Shown here piece by piece: positions 10,414 through 19,622 of a DNA stretch of 64,000 bases; position 1 is the first letter of the stretch, and the number at the start of each line of letters is the position of its first letter. Where the stretch lies: positions 748-64,747 of the forward strand of contig CAJXVR010000003.1 in the NCBI GenBank assembly GCA_913061285.1, read 5' to 3'. The translations under genes were made by a program, and so were the position numbers. The notes below the pieces were generated by a model. The model searched no databases. It worked only from the letters and a program-made list of their open reading frames with translations, and was not told where the DNA came from. Origin of the DNA: an uncultured Verrucomicrobiota bacterium. Lineage in GTDB: Bacteria; Verrucomicrobiota; Verrucomicrobiia; Limisphaerales; AAA164-E04.

Positions 10414-10876
10414 GTGGTTGCAAGAGATCCCGGGAGCACCCCGAATCGAGTTAAACCATGGCCGAGCGCATCGTTTGAAGAATATCCTTGATATCACTCT
10501 CGTAGGGATTGCCTTGCTCGGTTACTGGGAAGATCATGTGGCAGCGGAGAATCTCAAGCCTCAGGAGATGGATGGTCAGGCGTAAATCCTTGTTATCGGC
10601 GCACGGGACGCCTTGCCGAGCAGATATTTCTAAAGCTTAGCGTTTTGGTGTTGGCTCAATCGTTCGACCTTTTCGAAATAATGTTCACTTCGAGCTGAGC
10701 CAAGCCAATGACCAGGGGGCGCACCTCCAGCTTTCCAGCTTTCCGGTTTTTCACCCATTCAGTGGCGAATCAGACCATCGGCGGTCCACGAGAAATCAAA
10801 CACCTCTACACGAGTCCCATTGTCTTGAGTCGAATTCACTCGGTCCGAGGGAGTTTTTGCTCTAGCGTGCCAGCAG

Positions 10877-11716
10877 ATGGCTGAAATTGGTCAATATGAT
10901 GTCCTGCCAATCAATCGGTTGGCAACTCCGGGAGCGTATTTGGATGCAGGCGAATTGGGAGAGATCTTGCTTCCGAGTCGTTATGTGACTCCCGAGATGG
11001 TGCCTGGGAATTCCGTTGAGGTGTTCATTTACCTCGATTCCGAAGACCGGCTGGTTGCTGTTACCGAGCGGCCTAATGCGATTGCGGGAGAGTTTGCGGT
11101 GATGAACGTGGTTAGCGTGAATAGTCGCGTGGGAGCCTTTCTCGATTGGGGTATCCCAAAGGATCTTCTCCTTCCTCATCGGGAGCAGGTAAGGCCTGTC
11201 CGGGAAGGTGATCGGGTTGTTGTTTACGTTTATCTCGATGAGAGATCCCGTCGGCTCGTGGCCTCTACGCGGCTCAAACGTTGGCTCGACCAAAAGAAGC
11301 CGTCCTTTCGGGAGAATCAGCCGGTGAATCTTGTGGTTTATAGTCGGACTCCGTTGGGGTATGGCGCGATTATCGAGGGTGCCTATTCGGGGCTCCTTTA
11401 CGCGGATGATGTTGCGGGCAAGATCATGATAGGGAGTGAGATGCAGGGGTACGTGCGCTCGATCCGGGAAGACGGAAAGATTGACCTCACACTACACAGA
11501 AACCGGGGAAGTCGAATTACGTCTATCAAGCGACGAATTCTATGGGCGCTTGAGGAGAAGGGAGGCTGGTTGCCGTTCAATGATTCCAGTGATCCCGAGG
11601 AGATTCGCCAAGCCTTTGGTGCCAGCAAGAAAGTATTCAAACGGACGCTCGGGACGCTTTACAAGGATCGGCGTATCCGTTTTGAGAAGGGCGGTATCCG
11701 CCTCTTGAAAGGGTAG
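10877..11716 (+). CDS. cvfB: CvfB/YitL family S1 RNA-binding protein
   Basis: GAYLD..EILLP, FIYLDSEDR, GAFLDWG.PKDLLLP S1 repeats; C-terminal winged helix SDPEEI..FG.SKK.FK..LG.LYK. Confidence 0.9.
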   Translation: MAEIGQYDVLPINRLATPGAYLDAGELGEILLPSRYVTPEMVPGNSVEVFIYLDSEDRLVAVTERPNAIAGEFAVMNVVSVNSRVGAFLDWGIPKDLLLPHREQVRPVREGDRVVVYVYLDERSRRLVASTRLKRWLDQKKPSFRENQPVNLVVYSRTPLGYGAIIEGAYSGLLYADDVAGKIMIGSEMQGYVRSIREDGKIDLTLHRNRGSRITSIKRRILWALEEKGGWLPFNDSSDPEEIRQAFGASKKVFKRTLGTLYKDRRIRFEKGGIRLLKG

Positions 11717-11732
11717 CTCGTCTTGCGGCAGA

Positions 11733-12080
11733 TCATTCGAACGTTTTGCCGTTCCAGCCCCAGTGGGTCCGAGACAAATCGAAGAAGTTAAGGAACACCC
11801 GCTTGGGATCAACGTCGAGGCGTTCACGTAGGACCCTGGTGATTTCCGCCGCGAGGGGAGAGAGCCCGACAGTGTTGAGCCCGAGGCTTCGGAGCTCTAC
11901 GAAGACCGTTGGTTCTGTTGAGTCGCCAAATACCATCGATTGATGGCCTTCCACGATGACTTGGACAAAGTCCTTTGACTTGCCAAGAAGCTCTGAAACA
12001 AGGTGAGAACAGGCCTGAGCGAGTCTTGTTTGATCTTCCGATGCGAGGTCGATATTCGTCTGGATTCGAAGAAAAGGCAT
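11733..12080 (-). CDS. MIF-family tautomerase
   Basis: M-P-FLRIQTN with catalytic Pro1, LLGKS, FG..EP..ELRSLG, C-terminal WGWNG.TF. Confidence 0.88.
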   Translation of the reverse strand: MPFLRIQTNIDLASEDQTRLAQACSHLVSELLGKSKDFVQVIVEGHQSMVFGDSTEPTVFVELRSLGLNTVGLSPLAAEITRVLRERLDVDPKRVFLNFFDLSRTHWGWNGKTFE

Positions 12081-12207
12081 GGCGTTGTGTCGATCGAGAC
12101 TAGGCCGTGATGCTGTCATTTCAACCGTTAACTCCTACTTCCCAAGTAGAGCCTGTCCCTCGTAGGCAGATTACAGCTCGAAATAAATGCCCGGCCCACT
12201 AATTAAA

Positions 12208-12227
12208 TGTAATAGAGACTTGGTACA
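12208..12227. promoter_or_regulatory. Putative YtrA-type GntR operator 1
   Basis: TGTAATA-gagact-TGGTACA, fits TGTAYTA-N6-TARTACA. Confidence 0.55.
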
Positions 12228-12316
12228 CATGTGGTGTGTTGGATCAAACGAATGTTTGTTCCTCACGGCCAGATTGCGAACCTGTCCCTCGCTATTGATG
12301 AAAACTTAAGGATTAG

Positions 12317-12336
12317 TCTATTAGGACAATAATACA
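12317..12336. promoter_or_regulatory. Putative YtrA-type GntR operator 2
   Basis: TCTATTA-ggacaa-TAATACA. Confidence 0.55.
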
Positions 12337-12562
12337 ATGGAGGGATTCTCAAAGGTTCGATGATCTGTCCCTAGTATGACGACTCAGTGGCGTATTCTTA
12401 GTTCTATTCTCATTATTTCTGTGTGAGGAATAGTGATCCTGTCCCCTGTCGATATGCTTGCTTTGTTGAAAAATAGGTCGAATTGATGGGTTTCTCTGTT
12501 GCCGGTGGAGGAACCCTGGGAATTGGTGCTTTGGATTTTTGGTAGAAATGGAAAGAGTTAAT

Positions 12563-12582
12563 AGTATTAATGTAATAGTACA
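12563..12582. promoter_or_regulatory. Putative YtrA-type GntR operator 3, abutting a TTGACA -35-like hexamer
   Basis: AGTATTA-atgtaa-TAGTACA immediately followed by TTGACA (12583-12588), about 40 nt before the GntR start. Confidence 0.6.
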
Positions 12583-12625
12583 TTGACATTATGTGCGTTG
12601 CTAGCTAGAACTCGGTTTGTCTGGA

Positions 12626-13054
12626 ATGATTGTTCATGTTTCCACAAGCAGTGGTGTTCCCATATATTTGCAGATCGAGCAGCAAATTGAGCAGATGATT
12701 TCTGCTGGTCGGCTGGCTCGTGGGGAGGAGCTGCCTCCTATTCGGAGCTTGGCTCAGCAGTTGGTCATCAATCCCAACACCGTGGCTCGGGCATACCGCG
12801 ATTTGGAGCAAAAGGGACTGCTCTTCTCGAAACAAGGTTCGGGTACGTTCGTTGCCGAATCAGCGCCCCGTCTTTCCGATGAAGGGCGCCGCGTATTGTT
12901 GGGAGAGAGGCTGGACGAACTTGTTGCGCTCTCTCAGCAATTCTCTATTGGACCAGACGAATTCATGGTGATGGTCGATGAACGCCTCCGCCCCCTTCGA
13001 CCCTCCGAACCGGAAACCCCTCGCTCACCGTTTGATGATGAGTTCATTGATTAG
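12626..13054 (+). CDS. GntR family transcriptional regulator, YtrA subfamily
   Basis: PIYLQI, LPPIRSLAQQLVINPNTVARAYRDLE, GSGTFV; short C-terminal domain; precedes an ABC ATPase. Confidence 0.93.
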   Translation: MIVHVSTSSGVPIYLQIEQQIEQMISAGRLARGEELPPIRSLAQQLVINPNTVARAYRDLEQKGLLFSKQGSGTFVAESAPRLSDEGRRVLLGERLDELVALSQQFSIGPDEFMVMVDERLRPLRPSEPETPRSPFDDEFID

Positions 13055-13949
13055 TATTTCAGGCCTATGCCGCGATTTTGGTTCTGAAACCGTTCTTGAT
13101 CATATCGATCTCGAGATTCCTCCTGGTCGGGTCTATGGGCTCGTAGGTGAGAATGGCGCGGGAAAGACGACGCTGATCAAGCACTGCTTGGGACTTTACC
13201 GAGCGCAGCGGGGGACCGTGCGGATCTTTGGCCATGATCCTGTCGCTGACCCGCCAAAGGTGCTAGGTCGGATCGGATTCTTGTCTGAAGACCGAGATTT
13301 ACCGGGATGGATGTCGGTGGCGGAGCTGCTCAAATTCCAGGCTCCGTTTTATCCTGCATGGGACCGTGCTCATGCGAACGAGATGCTTGGGTCGTTCGGT
13401 CTCTCAGCTTCCAAGCGAATCAGTGACCTTTCTCGAGGACAGGCGGCAAAGCTGGGGCTACTCGTTGCCTTGGCCCATCGTCCAGAGCTTCTGTTGCTCG
13501 ACGAACCGAGCTCCGGTTTAGATCCGTTGGCTCGACGAGAGATTCTGGAGACTTTGATTCAGGACACGATCGCTGAGGGCAGGACAGTTTTTTTCTCATC
13601 GCATCTTCTCGATGAGATCGAGCGGGTGTGTGATTGGGTGGGTTTCCTGATCCTAGGAAGGCTTGTTCTTCAGGGGTCTTTGACTGAGATCAGCAATCTG
13701 CATCGGCGGCTTGTTGTTCGCTTCGATGGGGGGCAATTCCGAGAACGATCTATTGACGGCGCCGTCGTGATTGAGGCGCGGGAGAAAGAATGGACCCTCG
13801 TATCACTGGGAAATCCTGATGCCGTCAAAAGTGGGGTATCATCAGCAGGGGGGCGGGTTGTTGACGAGCAGTCAGCTTCGCTTGAAGAGATTTTCTTGGC
13901 TTACAGTCGTCAAGAGAAAGCGTTGAGGACGCGAAATCAAGGGAGATGA
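13035..13949 (+). CDS. ABC transporter ATP-binding protein (YtrB-like)
   Basis: Walker A GENGAGKT, signature LSRGQ, Walker B LLLLDE, SSH; start at MMSS overlapping the GntR 3' end (ORF open from 12978). Confidence 0.92.
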   Translation: MMSSLISISGLCRDFGSETVLDHIDLEIPPGRVYGLVGENGAGKTTLIKHCLGLYRAQRGTVRIFGHDPVADPPKVLGRIGFLSEDRDLPGWMSVAELLKFQAPFYPAWDRAHANEMLGSFGLSASKRISDLSRGQAAKLGLLVALAHRPELLLLDEPSSGLDPLARREILETLIQDTIAEGRTVFFSSHLLDEIERVCDWVGFLILGRLVLQGSLTEISNLHRRLVVRFDGGQFRERSIDGAVVIEAREKEWTLVSLGNPDAVKSGVSSAGGRVVDEQSASLEEIFLAYSRQEKALRTRNQGR

Positions 13950-15589
13950 CGATGGTGCTTGTAGGTCTTGTATCGCTGATTTTTCACCGGCTTAGAAATC
14001 GGATAGGAGTCGTGATGGGCTTGATCTTTGCAATGGCTGCGGCGATTCACTGGTTTTGGGGCGTTGCTCAAGTGCTAACGACGCTTTCGTTGGTTTGTTC
14101 GTTCTACTTTCTCTTTGGGGTCTTGAGTAATACCCAATCCTCAGAACAGGGTGGATTTTCAGGGATTGCTCCATACTTCTTTAGGCTTCCGGTGCGGAGT
14201 GGAACCCTTGTTGGAGCTCACCTGTTGGTGGCGATTCCGGTGATTCTTGCGATATACGGACTGTGGTTTTTACTCGTGCTCCGGGCAATGCCACAGCCGA
14301 TTTTTCATGTCGATATGATCTTATTCTTGCTCGCGAGTTATTCCCTTTTTTCAGCAGTGGTTTGGGGAATGAATCGGCTGCCGAAACTCCGCGTCGTTCT
14401 GTTGGGAGGAGGGTTTTTTCTGTTGTTCGGGGTTAGCCTATGGCCTCTAGGGATCGCCTTGGGTCCTGACACCTGGTGGCATAGTCAACGATCCTTGATT
14501 TTGTCTTGCCTGGCGGGGCTTTTTGTCGGCATTCCTTGGATTGTCATCCCTTTCGTGCACCTCGATCGTATTGGCTGGGTGGACCTGTCTCTCGCCTGGT
14601 GGAATCCGGTCGCATGGATATCGAATGGTAGGCACTTTCTTTGGCGCTTTGCGACTTCGACAAGAAGAGCTCTCGTGATTCGTGAGCTCCTTCGGTCAGG
14701 GTGGGTTCTGCCGGTGGGAATGCTTTGCATTGTGAGCATCATGCACCTGACTTCGGTGTGGCGATACCAGGTCTGGGGATCGGTGCAGGACGATTATGTT
14801 GCCGCAGTCTTTAGTGGTTTGCTTGTCGGTGGGCTTTGGATGATTGCATTTTTTCAAGGCATATTGCTCTCTCATTGTGGTAGGTCCGTTCTGAATGAGG
14901 ATCGTCGAATGTCCGTCGATACGGCGGTGCTTCCTATTTCGTCGGAGGAAGTGGTGGTCTCGAAGCTTTGGGCGTCCGCGTTCTCACTGGCCCTGGCTTG
15001 GGGTGGGCTCGTGATCGGGATGGTGATTTGGTACTGGATATGGGATGTGCCACCTCTGTGGAATGTTCTTGAGAAGGAGATGCTCCACCGCTTCAAACCG
15101 GGGATGCTTCCTTCCGTGCTAATTCTGATTGTCTTTGCCATCGTTCTGAGCTGGCGAGCGATGATGATGATGTTTCCTTATGGCTTATCGAATCGTCGAG
15201 GTGCTTTGATCTTGGGACTTGCTGGAGCCTTTGCGCAGGTGGCTCTTCTTAGCTCTATTGCGACGTGGCATGCGAGGCCCCTTTCGAGTGATCTAAGGAT
15301 GGTGGTCACTGTGATGGCTTGGTCCTGGCTTCTGCTCAAGGTCCTGATAGTGCTGATTCTTTGGGCGAAGACAAAGCGGAGACCGAATGGTGTAGCCTAT
15401 CCTGGCAGCGTTGCCTTGGTCGCGTGGGCGCTCTTTGCTATTTTTGGATACTGGCAATTGGAGTGGTTGGCTGAGTTTCTCACCTGCCCACCATCGGTCT
15501 TGCTTCCTGCCGTTCTCGTTCTTATGCCTCTGGCTAGCCAGTCGATTGCACCGTCCCTTGTGGGCTTGAATCGAAGTAGCGCTTCGTAG
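13946..15589 (+). CDS. Polytopic membrane protein, probable ABC permease
   Basis: About 12-14 hydrophobic segments, two LP(V/I) motifs, ATGA overlap with the ATPase. Confidence 0.75.
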   Translation: MTMVLVGLVSLIFHRLRNRIGVVMGLIFAMAAAIHWFWGVAQVLTTLSLVCSFYFLFGVLSNTQSSEQGGFSGIAPYFFRLPVRSGTLVGAHLLVAIPVILAIYGLWFLLVLRAMPQPIFHVDMILFLLASYSLFSAVVWGMNRLPKLRVVLLGGGFFLLFGVSLWPLGIALGPDTWWHSQRSLILSCLAGLFVGIPWIVIPFVHLDRIGWVDLSLAWWNPVAWISNGRHFLWRFATSTRRALVIRELLRSGWVLPVGMLCIVSIMHLTSVWRYQVWGSVQDDYVAAVFSGLLVGGLWMIAFFQGILLSHCGRSVLNEDRRMSVDTAVLPISSEEVVVSKLWASAFSLALAWGGLVIGMVIWYWIWDVPPLWNVLEKEMLHRFKPGMLPSVLILIVFAIVLSWRAMMMMFPYGLSNRRGALILGLAGAFAQVALLSSIATWHARPLSSDLRMVVTVMAWSWLLLKVLIVLILWAKTKRRPNGVAYPGSVALVAWALFAIFGYWQLEWLAEFLTCPPSVLLPAVLVLMPLASQSIAPSLVGLNRSSAS

Positions 15590-15598
15590 CCCATTTCT

Positions 15599-16348
15599 AT
15601 GATGATGACTGAAGGGGTTTCGCCAGTAATTGAGGTTGTCGGGCTAAGGAAATCCTATGGTGAACTTGCCGCCGTCGATGGCTTAGAGTTTGATGTGCGG
15701 CGAGGAGAAATTGTGGGGCTAATCGGGGCCAATGGTGCGGGTAAAACGACGACTCTTCAATCGCTTGCTGGATTGCTCAAACCGGACGAAGGGTTGCTTA
15801 AGGTGTGCGGCAGGAGTGTGGTTAATGAGGCGATCGAGGTAAAGCGTCTCTTGGCCTATATCCCTGATTCGAATCAACCCTATGACCTCTTGACCGTGCG
15901 CGAACATCTAACCTTTGTTGGCTTGGCTTACAGCGTGCCCCGGTTAGAAGAGAAAATCGATGCTGTGCTTGAGGAAGTGGGACTATTTGAGAAAAGGGAT
16001 CAACAGGCATCCACCCTTTCTCGGGGGATGATTCAGAAACTCTCATTGGCGTGTGCCTTGATCTGGGACCCTGTAGCGATCGTGCTCGATGAACCTTTGA
16101 CGGGGCTTGACCCGAGAGGTATTCGGGCAATGAAAGATCTGATACGGATGCGCGCCGAATCAGGGATGGCATTCTTGCTCTCGTCTCACCTCCTAGAGTT
16201 AGTGGAAACGATTTGTCATCGCGTGCTGGTTGTGGATCGAGGTAAACGAATTGCTTTTGGTTCGTTGGCGGAGATACGTGCCTCGTTCGACCTTCCGGAA
16301 AAGGCAAGTATGGAGGATATTTACTTGGCGATGACCGTTTCTCGCTGA
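15599..16348 (+). CDS. ABC transporter ATP-binding protein
   Basis: GANGAGKT, LSRGM, IVLDEPLTGLDP, SSH. Confidence 0.93.
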   Translation: MMMTEGVSPVIEVVGLRKSYGELAAVDGLEFDVRRGEIVGLIGANGAGKTTTLQSLAGLLKPDEGLLKVCGRSVVNEAIEVKRLLAYIPDSNQPYDLLTVREHLTFVGLAYSVPRLEEKIDAVLEEVGLFEKRDQQASTLSRGMIQKLSLACALIWDPVAIVLDEPLTGLDPRGIRAMKDLIRMRAESGMAFLLSSHLLELVETICHRVLVVDRGKRIAFGSLAEIRASFDLPEKASMEDIYLAMTVSR

Positions 16349-16357
16349 TAACCGCTC

Positions 16358-17971
16358 ATGGACGGGGCGCTTTGGTATCTCTTGTGGCGGTTGTCCTTGC
16401 GAAGACTAAGTCGGTGGTGCCGGAACCTCCGGCAGCCTGGGCGACTGATGGGGGTGACGTTGTTGCTTTGCGGTCTTTGGTTTCTTTATCGTGTGAGAGA
16501 CGCTCGTTTTGTCAGCGAACTGGTGGCGAGTACGCCTCTTAGTTTGGTGTTGTCGTTGGCTGTGTTTGTTTCGGTCCTCAGAGGATTGATGCAGCGAGGC
16601 CTACGCTTTGATCCCTCGGATGTAGAGTACCTTTTTGGTGGGCCATTTTCGGAACGGGCTCTCTTGATCTATCGCCTTGTTCCGTCCTATCTATCGGCCT
16701 GTTGTATTGGTTTACTCATCTTTGTATTCTTTCGAGATCATTTCGGGAAACCGTTCCTTTCCACGGCTTGCCTGATTATGCTTCACGTTCTCAGTATTCA
16801 TTTGACTACGATAGCCAGTCTTTTCGCTGGAACACTGTCTGAAAGTGAGCGTTCGAGACTGCGAAAGGGGTTCTGTTTCTTGGGTGGAGCTATTCTTCTG
16901 ATAATAATTCGCTCGCAGTTGATTGAATCAGGGAGCGTGACCAATGAAGTCTCTCCTTGGAGGGGGGCTATTCGCGAAACAGGCTTCTGGTTCCTAAGCG
17001 ATCCTGGAGCTTCAGCCCGATGGGCTCTCAGGCTCGCCGAAAGTGCGACGTCCCTCACCACAGTGATTGCGATTCCCAAGCCCGAGATGATGCTTTTTGT
17101 CGGTAGTCTTGTTTTGATGAGTCTGACCTTGTGGAGCCTGTCCCTACTTATGAGGTTTCGATCTGCGATCATTGAGCCGAACGTGGCCGGGGCGAATGGT
17201 TTGAGTGGTAGGGTGCGGTTTCAATCGGCTGGAGGTAGTCGCTTTCGAGGTGCCAAGGCGTTGGTTTGGAAGAATCTGGTGTGCGTCCGCCGGTCCGTTC
17301 CGAGCTTGCTGCTAGCCTTAGGAGGGACCCTCTTGGTGACGGTTCCTTGGTTATTGATTTTACTCATGATGCATCGTGCGGAGAGTTTTGATCCTTGGGC
17401 CGTCAATGGCGCGTTGCCGTTAACCTTAGCGGCGCTTCCTTTGCTTCTGCAAACGACCATGCCGTTTGATTTTCGTTTGGACGGGCACCAGCTATCATTG
17501 CTGAAACGATTTCCGTTGGGGGATATTTCCTTGGTGCTCGGTGTGCTTGGGGTTCCGGTGGCTCTCTGCGTTGGTTTTCAATACTTGGGGCTATCCTTGT
17601 TTCTCTGGATGGCACCGTTTGATTGGGGGATACTAATTGCAATGGTATTGGGATTCCCTGCCGTTTCCCTTGGTGTGGCTGCGGTTTGGAATCTTCACTA
17701 CTTGCTCTTTGCGGTTCAGCGTTTCGGAAACGTCGGAAGGCCGACGCATCGCTCGACGATTGGGGCACTCATTGTGGTGGGGATAGCCTTTGGGGTGTTT
17801 TTTCCCAGTTGCTGGCTCCTTCACGTCTTGATTCATCGCTTTGATATGCCAGGAGTGCCAGCTGCGTTTGCGGCACTGTTTCTTCAGTACGCCGTTGATG
17901 TGCTGCTCGTTTACTTGCTTGCTAAGATCTACTCGAGATCGAACGTCATAGGGGGGCAGGCTGTTTTATGA
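16358..17971 (+). CDS. Putative ABC exporter permease
   Basis: Polytopic; F.PSDVEYLFGGPFS and ALVWKNL motifs like putative ABC exporter domains; follows the ATPase. Confidence 0.75.
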   Translation: MDGALWYLLWRLSLRRLSRWCRNLRQPGRLMGVTLLLCGLWFLYRVRDARFVSELVASTPLSLVLSLAVFVSVLRGLMQRGLRFDPSDVEYLFGGPFSERALLIYRLVPSYLSACCIGLLIFVFFRDHFGKPFLSTACLIMLHVLSIHLTTIASLFAGTLSESERSRLRKGFCFLGGAILLIIIRSQLIESGSVTNEVSPWRGAIRETGFWFLSDPGASARWALRLAESATSLTTVIAIPKPEMMLFVGSLVLMSLTLWSLSLLMRFRSAIIEPNVAGANGLSGRVRFQSAGGSRFRGAKALVWKNLVCVRRSVPSLLLALGGTLLVTVPWLLILLMMHRAESFDPWAVNGALPLTLAALPLLLQTTMPFDFRLDGHQLSLLKRFPLGDISLVLGVLGVPVALCVGFQYLGLSLFLWMAPFDWGILIAMVLGFPAVSLGVAAVWNLHYLLFAVQRFGNVGRPTHRSTIGALIVVGIAFGVFFPSCWLLHVLIHRFDMPGVPAAFAALFLQYAVDVLLVYLLAKIYSRSNVIGGQAVL

Positions 17972-18627
17972 ATCCTGGTGGCGCTCGGAGAGAAAGCCGG
18001 GGTGTGTTGGCTTTATTGGTTGATGTTTGGGTGGATCCTGGGCTCGCGTTTCGAACGGTTTTAGAAGGGCCACTCCGCTGGGCAACGGTGCTTATCCCGT
18101 GGCTACTCTTTGTTGGCGTCGCTTCGATTGACTTGTTGGTTCGGTCAGGAGGACAGAGCGATTGGAGAGGGCCATTGATTTTTGATTCCGATCCGGAGGG
18201 ACTTCGAGCCTATCTCCGGTCGATGGGAGTAATCAGTCTGATCGTTGGAACGGCCATCGCCCTCGTCTTGAACTCGCTACTCCTTTGGGGATTGGGAAGA
18301 TTTCTAGCAAGAAACCCGGTGCGTTTTCTGGATGCGCTACGGATAATGGGACTTTCTTTGGCGGTCCCGATTCTTGGAGGGGTTGCGACTCTTCTCCTTG
18401 TTCAATCGGCGGGCGATTTAGACGCTCAGTTTTCCTTGGGGTATCTACTGGGAATTGGAGGCAGCGGTCTTGTCGAAATGCCTTTTCTGGCCGCAATCAA
18501 CCTTTTTCATCTTTGGTATCTGGTGGTGATTGCCGTTGGCTTGTCGGTCTTGACGGACCTTAGCGGCCGGATTTGTTTCGGCATTTGTGGGATATTCTGG
18601 ATCATACCAAAACTTTTAGCCTTTTGA
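17968..18627 (+). CDS. Yip1 domain membrane protein
   Basis: VWVDPG.AFR, about 5 TM segments, INLFHLWYLVV..GLS; ATGA overlap with the permease. Confidence 0.75.
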   Translation: MNPGGARRESRGVLALLVDVWVDPGLAFRTVLEGPLRWATVLIPWLLFVGVASIDLLVRSGGQSDWRGPLIFDSDPEGLRAYLRSMGVISLIVGTAIALVLNSLLLWGLGRFLARNPVRFLDALRIMGLSLAVPILGGVATLLLVQSAGDLDAQFSLGYLLGIGGSGLVEMPFLAAINLFHLWYLVVIAVGLSVLTDLSGRICFGICGIFWIIPKLLAF

Positions 18628-18664
18628 ATTGTCTGAATTTTGCGATACAAAGCGTTTTTGCAAT

Positions 18665-18694
18665 TGTAACAGACCGCATAGTAGCAGCGTCATA
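18665..18694 (+). promoter_or_regulatory. Putative ECF-sigma promoter (TGTAAC-N17-CGTC)
   Basis: TGTAAC-agaccgcatagtagcag-CGTCATA upstream of the Yip1/MacAB genes. Confidence 0.5.
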
Positions 18695-18755
18695 GCCTTT
18701 CTCTCCTTCGGAGGGATGCTGCGGAGTGGTTTTCTAGGTATTGCTCAGTATTGAT

Positions 18756-19517
18756 ATGGACTTTGACGAAAATGAATCGGGGCTAACTGAAACGCCGGCC
18801 AGCACTTCTCTCCTTGAGCGATTGACCAATGTGGTTGTGAGCCCTGGCGAGGTCTTTGGGGAGATCAAGGGAGTCGCCGTGAATCCACTGAACTGGATGG
18901 TACCCTTAGCGATCGCGATCTTGGCGGGTGTAATTTTTTCCGTCGTAGTGTTCTCTCAAGAGGGTGTCGTTGAAGGCATGTTTGAAGCGCAAGCTGCCGA
19001 GTTCGAAAAACGGGTTGAGAATGGGGACATGACAGAGGGAGAGGCTGAGGCGGCCCGAAAAAGTATCGAAACGTTCATGAACCCGAAGTTGCTGATGGCG
19101 TTCAGTGCCGCAGCCAGCGTGTTTTTCACCCCTGTTGTTTGGGCAGTCTTGGCGTTTCTCTTTCATTGGCTGGTCCGGATTGGTTCAAAGAGTCACATAC
19201 CGTTCTCGAAGTGTTACGAGGTTATTGGTCTCACTAGCGTCGTTTCTGTCCTAGAGATTCTCGTGAATATGCTTCTGGTTCTTATTACTGGAAACATCGC
19301 GATGTCCTTGAGCTTAGCTTTGGCGTTTCAGGATTTCGACCCCAGTAACACGACGCACGCCTTGGCCGCAGAGATCAATGTCTTGCGCTTTTGGTACATG
19401 GCAGTGCTTTCGATCGCTTGGTCCCGGCTTACGAACCAACCTGTAATTTCGTGCGCTACTTGGGTCTTTGGGCTTTGGATAGCATTCCGGGTCGGTACAA
19501 TTCTGATGTTTTCCTAA
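18756..19517 (+). CDS. Yip1 domain membrane protein (YknW-like)
   Basis: RL.NVVVSPGEVF, NW..PL, INVL.FWY..VLSIA; directly precedes MFP/ABC genes as in yknWXYZ. Confidence 0.85.
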   Translation: MDFDENESGLTETPASTSLLERLTNVVVSPGEVFGEIKGVAVNPLNWMVPLAIAILAGVIFSVVVFSQEGVVEGMFEAQAAEFEKRVENGDMTEGEAEAARKSIETFMNPKLLMAFSAAASVFFTPVVWAVLAFLFHWLVRIGSKSHIPFSKCYEVIGLTSVVSVLEILVNMLLVLITGNIAMSLSLALAFQDFDPSNTTHALAAEINVLRFWYMAVLSIAWSRLTNQPVISCATWVFGLWIAFRVGTILMFS

Positions 19518-19622
19518 CCGTGTAACCTTGCATGGGCTTCGAAAACCGGTAGGAATCATGAGGCCCAATGCTGAATAGTGTAACGAATGCGTCCCAGTTA
19601 GGGTTTTAAGAGGCAGAATCTC

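Larger units (their letters stand above)
12152..12446 (+). repeat. Four direct copies of (C)CTGTCCC(T) in the divergent intergenic region
   Basis: CCTGTCCCTCG at 12152 and 12281; CTGTCCCT at 12365; CCTGTCCCC at 12438. Confidence 0.6.

Noticed and set aside
10379..10860. 68-aa + ORF and short minus-strand frames between the AKR gene and cvfB
   Set aside because: No RBS or motif recognised; cannot be supported as genes
12120..12616. Possible RiPP precursor or CRISPR-like array upstream of the ABC block
   Set aside because: Only very short ORFs; the repeats are 7-11 bp and irregularly spaced; no cas or RiPP-modifying genes in the window
19521..19605. Two TGTAAC hexamers upstream of the MFP gene
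   Set aside because: No CGTC-like -10 element at the 17-nt spacing seen at the other sites
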